This document shows positions 53,581-64,000 of a stretch of DNA of 64,000 bases, in pieces. The notes beneath the pieces were generated by a model. It saw nothing but the letters and a program-made list of their open reading frames with translations, was not told the origin of the DNA and ran no database searches. How positions within the stretch are numbered: position 1 is the stretch's first letter; every line of letters starts with the position of its first letter. Origin of the DNA: Camelus dromedarius (lineage: Eukaryota); assembly GCF_036321535.1 (NCBI RefSeq), contig NC_087447.1, positions 49,912,001-49,976,000 of the forward strand, in the 5' to 3' direction. The position numbers and the translations under genes are program-made.

Positions 53581-54414
53581 TAAAACTATTTGAAAACTAG
53601 AAATAGCAGGGAATTTCCTTAAAATGCTAAAAAATAGTTATTAAATGGACAGCAAGCATTAGGCTAAATAGTGAAACTATTTCCATTAAAGTCAGAAAGC
53701 AGATAAGAATGCCACTTATGACCTTTACAATACAGCATTAAACTTGAGGTCCTGGTCTATATGATTACACGGAGAAAACAGATGAGGTATAAATGCTTTA
53801 CATAAAGGGACATAGTTGTCCTTTGCAGATATGAATATTATGTAGAAAACGTGAGGGAATCTGCAAACTATTAGAAAACTAGCACATTTGTTGGGTATAA
53901 GATCAATGTGAAAATTATGTAGATTCTATACACCAGTAATAATAAAATAGAAAGTGAGCACAATATAAGTACCTAGTAAGACATTTAATTAAAAATGTGA
54001 AAGACCTTTATCAGTAAAAAAATAGACAACATTATAAAAATGATAATGAAGGACATAAGAGATCTGAATAAAGGGATATACACATATGCATACCGGGTTT
54101 AGCTATGTCCTCTGCTACTCTGATTTGTATGAAAGTATACCAGAAATTAATTTGGCTGAAAATAAAGAGGATACCCAAATACTTTTTGGAGATTTTGCTT
54201 TTTGTCCAGAAAATCTTGGGAGAACCCCTTCTTCCTGCCAGGCTTCAATAAAAAGTTCCCTTGTGCAAGTTAGTGAGTGAAAACTTCAGCATATCAATAA
54301 CAAAAGAAAGAAAAGAAGGAAGAAAAAGAGGGAAGGTGGGAGAGAGGAAAGAAGAAAGGAATCCAGAAAAAAAAAAAGCTTTTGGTTCAGTAGTTGAATT
54401 ACGAAAGGATATTA

Positions 54415-54990
54415 ATTACATCAGTCTGATTTCAGTGAGGAAAGCAGAATCACTATGAGTGTCATGGTGTAAAGGATTTATTATAGGAATAAGATATTGC
54501 ACAAATGTGGGAGAAGCTAGAGAAGAGTCCAAAAGGGGGAGTTGGAGGATCAGAGACAGTCACTAACCAGCCCTTCAAGAAGCTTGGTGCAGGTGGACAG
54601 ACAACTCAGGCCAGGAAGAGGGAAGATCTGACCAGCTGCCGAGTGGACGAACCCCGAAGGAGAGCAGGTGGGGAAGCACCTATGGAAGACTTTCCACTGC
54701 ATCTGTCAGTGGGCCTCAAGTCTCTAGTTGTCAGCAGCACCAGCAGTTGGGAGCGAGCTCGATGCTGAATAGGAGCACAAAGACCAGATGGAATCTGCAG
54801 GCAGCCTTATGTCTGTCTGGCTCTTTCTGGATCTGACCACCGTGAACTTCAGAGCTTAATGGCTGCTGCTTCACTTCTCTCTTCCAAATCTCATGCAGTT
54901 TTTTGCTCAACTCTAGCCTGAATCCACACAGGTGATGATATTCTAATAGTTCTGTTTCGGCCACGTGCACACAGTAGAAACCCACAACAG
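54415..54990 (-). mobile_element. Old ERVL-type LTR (subfamily uncertain)
   Basis: tcagtgaggaaagcagaatcactatgag...ggatttattataggaat...gtgggagaagct; locally higher GC. Confidence 0.6.
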
Positions 54991-55029
54991 ATACGAATAG
55001 GCTCTGTACTCTATTCTAGGAGTGTAAAG

Positions 55030-55245
55030 ATTAATAATAACAGTAGTCATCACTCAGAAAATTATAGTTGCTCTTGCTGTGTTTCGGATACTGTTATAAA
55101 TCGTGTGTGTGTGTGTTTGTGTGTGTGTATTTTCATTAATTGTCACAGTAGCAGTATGAGATGAATGCTGTTGTTATTCTCCCTATATTGGTATGTAAAC
55201 TGAGTCACAGAGAGGTCAAATTTACTTCCAAGGCTACACATTGTT
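55030..55245 (-). mobile_element. MIR with an internal (TG)n at 55103-55128
   Basis: aaactgagtcacagagaggtcaaatttacttccaaggctacaca. Confidence 0.65.
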
Positions 55246-55639
55246 CTCTAGCAGCAATATTTTGGTGGAATCTAGTATAAAATAAGGACATACGTTAGAA
55301 ACTTCATACTAGAGAAACTTGCTTCAAAAGAGGGCATAGAAAGATGTTAAATGTATCATTATTTGTGTTTGTGAAAAAATGGAAAAAATTAGAAACTGCC
55401 TAATCAGCAAGGGAGTGGAGAAATAAAATCTGAAATGTCCGTAAGGTGGAATACTAATTAGGAGTTCACAGGAATGCGTTGCATATGTATATTGGCAAAA
55501 AAAATAGCTCAAAAAACAATATTGAGGGGGAAAGTGAGTTGCAGAATGGTATGCATAGTCCATTATTATTCATATAAACATTTGTATTTTCAAAGTATAA
55601 AAAGTGATATGTACAGATGCTGCTGGCTTGTGGGAGAAG

Positions 55640-55850
55640 CCACGGTAGATACAGTTGCTCGTCTACCCACAGCCATCGTTGGTTTCTTGTTTGTCAGCAG
55701 AGCTGCATTCTGTTCATTATTCTTTCTCTTCATTTGCTATATGGAAGGTGGGCCCCAGTCCCAGGGAGTAAATCACGACTGGCTTTTTAACAATCATAAT
55801 AGTAACAGTAATTCCATTCCACTCACCAGTGATTGGTTTGTGCATAAATT
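55640..55850 (+). mobile_element. MaLR LTR fragment (MLT1K/L-like) within L1ME 3' sequence
   Basis: ggtagatacagttgctcgtctacccacagccat...ccagtgattggttt. Confidence 0.55.
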
Positions 55851-56966
55851 CTGTCACACTTACGGTCAGTTCTGTGGCATATCTCTGTGTTTTGTGTACT
55901 AGGATAGATATGGCTGGGGTGCTACTTACATATATGTAACTAATGTGTGCATGTGTGTCTTGCGCACATGCGCTTGTTTATAGGCAGAGTGGAAAAATGA
56001 AAAAACCTCTGTTCTGGATTAAGTCATTAAGTTCCTAAGTTAGCCAATTCTGGAACTCCTCTGTCTCCATTCTTATATTTTTTTTCTCCATTCTTATTAT
56101 TCTTTAAATCAGTTGATTGGGGATTTCCGTCACTTGAAGTTGAAGGCATCCTAACTGAAGGTAGTAGGGGTGGGGAACAAAGAAGGCTCACTTTATCTGT
56201 AAATGTTTTATATATTTTAACTAAAAAAATGCAAAACAATCAGTTGTTAAGTTTGGGTATTGGGTATGTAGTTATTTGCTCACTACTGTCTAATTAAAAA
56301 ATTTAAAAATAGAAGAGCGCCAAATGAGTTATATATACGTCATGAGCAAAGATATGGGAATGATTATTGTCAGTTGAGGGACACCTGGGAAATACTTCTC
56401 AGGAAATAAATCCAGAACCAATTTTTTTGTATACATTTAATAAATACTTGCCTTTTACTCTGTATAAGCTACTGTACTATTCGATTTGGGGCTTACATTT
56501 GAAGCCACTGTGTTTTTACTCATAAAAAGCATCTTAATAATTGGTACCTGTCTTCATTGTTCTATAGGATGACTTCCTATATGTTGCTCTAAAGCCTACA
56601 TTTTATATTAACTGATCTCCAGTATTATATCCAAATTTGATGAAAAACATATAATCATTTTTTCATGATTCAAAAAACATGTTTGTTTCCATCATTTAGC
56701 TAAATAAAATTCATAGAATTATTCTTACCTCTTGTGGAAGAGTGAGCAGAACTCTGACTCCTAAATTTTTGTTATTTTTTTCTCAAGATAGTAATTTTAC
56801 TCAGCACTCAAGTTACGACATGTATGTGCACCTGGTTTTAGGATACAATAATTTGAAGAAAGCCTGTGGTTAAAAGTATGGTCTTGGGTGAAAGACCTGA
56901 GTTAGCTCTCCTCCTTCCCACCCTAACCTTGGGCAAGTCACTTTCCAAGCTTCAGTTTGGGGACAT

Positions 56967-57366
56967 AGTATCAGTTTGGGGTTTGTCTGTATGTAATAGA
57001 AACCTCAAATTAACAATGACTTAAACATATAAAATTTTATTATCACACATAAAAATCTAGGGATCAGTAATCCAGGGCTGGAATGAACTTCCATAAATGC
57101 CTCAGGAAGTCCAGGCTCCTTCAAGCTCTCTGCTCTGCCATCCTCGGGTGTGGCCCTCATCGTGCAAGATGGTTGTTGGTTGTTAGTCATTATTCAACCT
57201 GCAGGAAAAGGGGCACTCTTCCCTCCTATAAAGACTTCCGCATTCTTCAGCCTCCACAAGAGACCTAGATAAATGTTTCTTCTGAATGAACTGCTAAACT
57301 TGAGGGGTGCTGTTAACCACAGAAAAGGAGAATGAGTTTTGGGTAGCAGTCAGCAGTCTCTGCCAT
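56967..57366 (-). mobile_element. MaLR LTR (MLT1J-like)
   Basis: tgtaatagaaacctcaaattaacaatgacttaaaca...ccaggctccttc...tctgctctgccatcct...cagcagtctctgcca. Confidence 0.7.
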
Positions 57367-57439
57367 GGGGTTATATTCAGAATTATATAATCCATGTAAA
57401 GCCTGACAGAGAAAAGCAAAGGAAGCTGCTATTTTAGTC

Positions 57440-60332
57440 ATATTATTAATGAACTTCAAACTTCTAACTGAACAAATGTGCTTATCTTTTCTCCCCAAGT
57501 GATGCTAAAATAACAGTTACGGGATTGAAATTTAAAAAGCATGAACCCATAGTGACAAAAAGAGTATGAGAAACAACCTCAAAAGAAAAGAGATGTCAAC
57601 AAAAAATTGTGAAAACTGGCAAACAGGGGAGAAGCAACTGACCTAGCAGACTGGAAGAACTAAAAATCTAAGAGCCTGCAAGGGGCAAAGCTAGGAAGGA
57701 ACCTGTTTCATGCTGCAAAAATCCGGAACATCTCAGAATTGGAGGTAGGTAAGGCAGATAATGCTGGAAGTCTGCATTAGAAGTCAGGGTGCTGTAATAA
57801 GCCATTTCTCATGCAACTGCCTCTCCCACAGCAGCAGAAAACATGGCGTTTTCTCTTAAGAGGTCAAACCAAACTTACCCTGGATTTAGGGACAGCCAGC
57901 ATAACTGAAGGCAGAGGTGCCATGCCGAAAAGAGGAATTAAGTGAATATCTACACACTGAAGGATGAAATCGATAGGAACATAGAAAGTTGACTGATCCA
58001 AAAGAAGATGCTCACAATGCCTTTCAGTTGTGTATTCCCCCATGTCAGTGCTGAGCCTTAGCTCATCATCCCAGAGTAAAACTTGCCATTTGACCAGTCC
58101 TGTCCATGCAGTTTTCACTCAGCTTTTTAGTGCCTCACTTTTGAAAATGGTCAAAGATCATCAGATATTTGAGGAAGACTCTCAGATGAAACACAGAAGT
58201 CAAAATAAATAATCAAAAAAGAAATGTGGAGGGAAGAAAGGGCTCAACAAAAAGTAAATATTATTATATAAATATCTAATTATGTTGTACATCTGAATTA
58301 ATATAATGTTGTATTTCAATTATACCTCAATAAATAAAGTTGACTTTATAAAAAGCAAAAAAAATTTTAAAGGCTAATAATATACTCTAGGAGACAAGGA
58401 AAAGTATACATCCAAGAACAAAAACAAGATGGTGTAAAAATGAGCCTTCATTAAAAAAACAAAGCCTCTAAAATTAAAATAATGGAATAAAAAAATTGGA
58501 CAGCAAGTTGGAAGGTAAAGTTGAAGAAATCGCAAAAAAAAAAAAAAAAAAAAAAAACCAAAAGGGAGAGATTGGAAAAAGGAGAGAAAAGGTAAGAAAT
58601 CAGAGACATTCTTGAAATACCTGATAATCCAACATTCAAGTAACAGTGAATACAGAAAAGGAACAGAGAAAACAAGAAGGTAGGAAATTATCCAAGAAAT
58701 AATGTAGAAAAATTCCAATGATTAAAAAACTTGACTTCAGATTATAGTAGCCCAATTGAGTGCCCAGCACTATGATATTTTGGCATATGTTAGAGGTAAC
58801 GTGAAGATTCTGAAAGCTTGCAGAGGGGAAGAATACATATAATGGAATAGGAATCATGATATCTGACTGCTCAAAGGCAGCACTGAAAACTGGAAAGTAA
58901 TGGAACCACACCCTCAAAATACTGTGGGGAAATTATTTCTGTAAGCTAGATTCATATATGACATACCTTGGAGATAACTGCAGGCTCGATTCCAGACCAC
59001 CATAATAAAGAGAATATTGCAATAAAAGGAATCACATGAATTTTTGGTCTCCCAGTGCATATAAAAGTTATGTTTACACTGTACTGTAGTCTATTGTGTG
59101 CAATAGCATCATGTCTAAAAAAACAACGTACATACCTTAATGAAAAAAAACACTTTATTGCTAAAAAAAAAAAAGCTAACCATCATCTGAGCCATCAGCC
59201 AGTCATCATCTTTTTGCAACAGTAACATCAAAGATCAATGATTATTGTAACAAATAAAATAATAATGAATAAGTTTGAAATATTGTGGGAATTACCAAAT
59301 ACAACAGAGGTGAAGTGAGCAAATGCTGCAGGAAAAAAATGGCACTGATAGACGCGTTCAATGCAATGTTGCCACAACCTTCAATTTGTAAAAAATGCAG
59401 TATCTGTGAAGTGCAATAAAGCAAAGCACAATAAAAGTGAGGTATGCCTGTATCTGTCAAATCATCAATCAAATACTTGGTAGAAAGAAGTCTTTTCAGA
59501 GATGAAGGTCCTACAGGAAAAAAATCTACCTAGGAAACTCCTGGAAGACGTGCTCTATTAATATAAAGGAATAAGCAAGTTAAAAGAAAACATTCAAGGA
59601 AAAGAAGGGATCCAACACAGCAGAGAAGCAAAGAGATCTCAGGATGATGGTGAAGGGAAATTTTAGGTCAACCCTTCAACTGACCTAGAGATCAGGAGGG
59701 CGAGGACTCCAAGAAAGAGTGAAGCGATAGATTGTCTGTTGTATTCAATTATATTGAGAGGGAATTTTCATTGTTCTCAGGGAGTCAGGGAATGAATTAG
59801 TGAGAGGTACATCAATAAATTAAGCAAGTGAAGAAACTAGATGGTTATAAACTCCAGGAAAAACCAAGTTGAAAAGAAAGAAAATATTTAATATCATTCA
59901 TTATATGACTCAACTCATAATAATTATGTAGTAATTCTATGGTAGGATTGCTTATTGATTTCACCAAAACCTGTGGTGGTGACCCTATTGAGAGAATGGG
60001 AAGAAGAAGTGTGGGTGTTTGGGGAAGAGATGGGGAAAAGTGTGTAAGAGGGAGAAATCCTCATCTTCCCCAGTAGGTTGTCAGTAGATCATTTTTAAAA
60101 CCATAGAATCAAGAAACAGGAATATAGGATATTAAATAGATATATGTAGGATAAATACCAAAAACAACTTGAATTGTTGAGAATTGTTGGCTCTGGGGTC
60201 TAGGAATTGACGTAGAGCTAAGGTATTACTTAAACATGTAAACTAATGTTTTTACTGTTAGGTTTGTAGAGCAGTTTGACTTTTTAAACCATGTACATGT
60301 ATCATTTTGATAAATAAACATTAATTTTTAAG
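57440..60332 (+). mobile_element. HAL1 (half-L1)-like element: 5' region, ORF1 remnant and 3' tail without ORF2
   Basis: ORF1-like text (gttggaaggtaaagttgaagaaat; ggaaattatccaagaaataat; ggaataggaatcatg) runs to a HAL1-type end tgactttttaaaccatgtacatgtatcattttgataaataaa. Confidence 0.6.
58958..59450 (-). mobile_element. Internally deleted Tigger1 derivative (MITE-like)
   Basis: Terminal inverted repeat gaggtatgcctg followed by TA at 59451; degenerate left TIR (gacataccttggagata); both Tigger1 termini recognisable, no transposase. Confidence 0.85.
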
Positions 60333-61161
60333 TATGCTTTATTTATACAAAACTTTTTATTTGTAAATCAATTTAATACAATTCAGCAGACATTTATTCA
60401 ATGCCTGTTATGTCACCATTGTACGAGAGAGACATGTAAATATGTGATTGAACCAGAGCCTTAATGTGATTATGTGCTTCCAAAGGATAAATACTAATAA
60501 ATCTTAAAGCACTATCCATTCTGATCTGGGACTTGGGGAAGGCTTCAGAGTGGAGAGAAGCTTTAGGCCTCAAAGGATGAGAGGAATTAGAATGCGAGAT
60601 TAAATGCCACCTGTGGCCAGTGTTGTCAGGTCCCGCCATGGCTGCAAAAGTCAACTCTGTGAAGAAAGGTCTGGTAGAACTGTGGGAGGCTGTGTTGACT
60701 TCTCTGCCTTTCCTAGACATTTCTATTAGTCATTTTTTCCTGAGGATTTACTCTTCCCTGCCCTATCACCCAGACACTCTTAATTTTAGTATTGACTTTA
60801 CCATGCTGGGTTAAAGGGTGGTTCTCTCTACCAGCACCCTGACTCTTCAACTTTCTGGTCTAATTTAGAGAAGGATAAGGAAAGGAAAAAGAAAATCTTG
60901 TTTCCTCTGACCAAAAGTAGGTTCCTGAATGTAAAGATAGGAACTCTCTTCCCTAACCTCACAGGCAGCCTGATATGTCTGTTATGTTTTTTGAAATATT
61001 GAGATTAAAACAGCCATTTTCACAGTTTGAACATAATTCTTAGACCTCTCGAGAGTAAAATAGGACACATCTGATTGTTTGCAAAGAAATGTAATAATTT
61101 TATAACTATAAAGTAATTTTATTCCAGTTATTTGTTGAAAGTGCTGTTCAGAAGAAATGGG

Positions 61162-61165
<4 letters not shown>

Positions 61166-61212
<47 letters not shown>

Positions 61213-61221
61213 TGTGTGTGT
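61166..61221. repeat. (GT)20 AT (GT)7 microsatellite
   Basis: Directly visible. Confidence 0.98.
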
Positions 61222-62719
61222 AACATCCTCCAAATTTAGGTTTTTGTGCCCTAGATTTGTTTTCTTTTATATTGTTGGGTCCATAAGAGGAAAGGCTGGC
61301 TTAGAACTAAATAGCAGAGCTAAACCGTATGTTTTATACCAAATTAGAAACAGGTGAAGGTTGTTAAAATCCAGCAAGAGCTTACAAAAGCTTTAGGCTC
61401 CAGTTTGTATTAAAGGCAGGTGGTTATATGTACAACAAAAAGCAGTCACCAGCACACCAGCTTATTGATACATATGTGATTGATCTTTTTGGATAAAAAC
61501 AAGGAGGAGTTAATAAATCACTGCACAAAGCTATAAAGATGTTTGGGCTTGAAAGCCTAGCCTGTAAGAGCAAATGTGGACCCTGAAGGAAATTTATGAA
61601 GCATAGATCCTTTTAGCTTTACTTAACAGCTAACATCTGACTGACCCAGGGGGACCATGGAAATTTATTGCTGGGCCATTCAAATATTTAAGCTGTTGTG
61701 TGATGTAGAACAGGTAAAGATTAGCCCAATAACAAATATGAGGCTATAAAATAAAATGAGATTTCGATGGCTTGTAAGTACCTGTCAGAGGTCAGCTCCA
61801 AATGACTGGTCAGAAATGGGAAAAACTTGTTGATAATTAAAGCAGATTGATTATGACAAGCTAGATGTTAGCATTGGTTACCCCCAGATCAGTGATCCTT
61901 GGAGTTTCCCCCTCCTGTGAAATCCATACTTAAACAAAATGACTGTAGGGGCCTCCAAATTGTCTTTTTGTATGCTGAAATTGTGTAAAATGAGATGAGG
62001 TGATTCCTTTTGCAATTTTATAATTGAAATATGTCTTTCTCAAATGTATTGTGAATGGATGGGATTTGTAGGCAGCATATTCATTCCAGAAAACTGACTT
62101 TAGTTAACTAATGTATGTAATTTTGAGCTTTGACATCTAGAAAGCAGATAGAAGTTTTTAGGTTTTCTGATAGATGATCTAAAATTAACCTTTAAGACTT
62201 ACATCGTTAACAGGTTTATGTACACAGTTATTGAAAAATCAATTTAGTGAAATTAAGTGGATATTTCAAAAAACTTGTGGATTTATTTCTAAATCTTTTG
62301 TCCACTTTTCTTTGTATGAATCCCCAAAGTAATAAATGTATGTAACATTGTTACTAGGATTTTGGAAGTTGCATTTTGGACTTCAGTGAGATCTTTGGTT
62401 ATTGGTGTCAATAATCTCTGCCTTTTTGACTCACTAAACCCCAAGTGTTGTCATTATAAAACCTGAAATTGGAGGTTTACAAGGTGTCAGCTTATCAAAT
62501 CACTTGGTAAATTTGTGATAATTTGGTTCATGAACATCTGATTTGTGAGTTGAAGAAATCCCATAAGTTTTTATAGAAATCTTAAATAAGTGAAATTTAT
62601 GAAATAAGACAGATTGATAAAATGGGATTATTACTGGCTAGGAGTGAGAGGTGGGGCATAGTGTAGAATTAAAGCCTAGGATTAGAAGTCAGGCACAGGT
62701 TGGAATTTTAGCTCCACCA

Positions 62720-62990
62720 ACTCCATCCATTTATTCACTCCTCCCTCCATTAAACAAGTAAATATGTTCTAGACATTGTGCTCTAGGAACTAGAGTACAT
62801 TAATGAAACTTAGGCTCACAATTTTCATTTTTGTGGAAGATACAGAGGAATAAACAAATATTTACAGTACATCAGAAGTACTGTGTTTGTGAGTGTACAG
62901 GGTTCTATGAGATCACATGAAAGGAATTCACCCCCAGACAGGGGTGTGGTAGAGTGGAGTAAGATTTATGGTTGTAGATGAGTTTTAGGA
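62720..62990 (-). mobile_element. L2 fragment
   Basis: catttattcactc...tatgttctagacattgtgct...gagtgtacagggttctatgag. Confidence 0.55.
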
Positions 62991-63429
62991 AAGGCCGTGT
63001 GACCATGGGCCCCTCATATCAGTGCCTACGGGGCAATTAGTTGTATCGTATGGATAATGTCTGCCAAGTGCAGGACTTGATGCATAATAGATATTCAGTA
63101 AGTAAAATCCAGCATCAGCATCGTTCCTGTCAGTGCTCACTGGCTCTTTCACTCTAGTGCTAGAGTTCGTCACCCCCTATTAATGCACAGCAAACCTCAT
63201 TCTGTGACTTGAAATTTCCTCCCCACCAAAGAATTTTTATTTTGAGCAAAACTCAAAGGATGTTCTAAAAATAAGAGTCAGATATCTAGGTATATTACAG
63301 TTAAGAAAGAAACAATGACCAATGAAAATATTTCTGAATTTTAAAATCTTAACTTTTTTGAAATTCATAGAGCTATATGTCAGATATATTTCTTGGTCAG
63401 TATTTAATTTTCAAGTTAATTTTTATATT

Positions 63430-63950
63430 TAATTTATTCATTTATTTGCAGGTATTTGTTGAGTACCTACAGTGGGTAGGACTCTGAGCTTAACACCCAT
63501 GTCCTCAAGGAGCATACATTTTAGTAAAGGAAATAAGACATTTGTATAAACAACTAAAATATAGGGTCAAAAGTGCTGGGGGAATAAAATTGCTTTGCGA
63601 TTTTTAGAAGTGAACGAACTGAATAATGACTATTCAGAAATGAGTAAAATATAGTGTCTTCCCTTGTGGCACTTACAGATGGGTATTGGAGAGGCAAGGG
63701 AGTAAGTAAATGAGGCATAGTAATAACAACTGACGGCCTGCTGTATCCTAGTAACTCTGCTGGGTCTTAGGATTTTGTTTGTTTGTTTAATTTAATTCTC
63801 ACAGAAATCCTGAAAGATTGATGTTGTTAAATCCATTTTAGAGATTTGTGAACAGAAGTTCAGAGTAGTATGCCCAAGTTTACACTAAAGTAAGCAGCAG
63901 AGCCAGGGTCTGAGCCTATGCCTCTCTGACTTGAAGCCTTAACATATTAC
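63430..63950 (-). mobile_element. L2 tail (63430-63590) and MIR (63720-63950)
   Basis: ttcatttatttgcaggtatttgttgagtacctac; tccattttagag...tgcccaagtttacactaaagtaagcagcagagccagg. Confidence 0.65.
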
Positions 63951-64000
63951 ACCTAAATCCCCCTTCTGCTTTTCTCTTCATCTCCCTCCGGAAATAAGTA

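Larger units (their letters stand above)
51500..54400 (+). mobile_element. Old L1 remnant (ORF1/ORF2 pieces) hosting a nested MIR, MLT1 and L1 3' end
   Basis: aatgcagaaaaagcttcaataaaattcaacac before the nested block, and aaaactagaaatagcagggaatttcctt after it. Confidence 0.7.

Overview
AT-rich mammalian genomic DNA lying entirely inside the UVRAG gene (+ strand). Five coding exons were read directly: 11906-12032, 23887-23971, 25528-25615, 26527-26587 and 33947-34112. All have canonical AG/GT ends and join in one open frame ([10 protein letters not shown]...DKLTEKERE), matching human exons 8-12, about aa 234-409, with numbering recalled from human. The rest is intron, densely filled with old L1/HAL1, L2, MIR, MaLR/ERVL LTR and DNA-transposon remnants. 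A tRNA-Ala-derived SINE and the young L1 3' ends point to a camelid genome (inference). The most notable observation is two ~340-bp insertions (3362-3704 and 18420-18758, minus strand) flanked by target-site duplications (TSDs). Each joins the first ~165 nt of an L1 5'UTR, with its YY1-type start, directly to the last ~177 nt of an L1 3'UTR plus poly(A). The junction is at the same position in both, although the copies are only ~70% identical. This suggests a non-autonomous, ORF-less, L1-derived 'Pol II SINE' family, or a recurrent whole-body splice or deletion product. Repeat subfamily names are from memory of consensus sequences and repeat boundaries are approximate. No searches were run.
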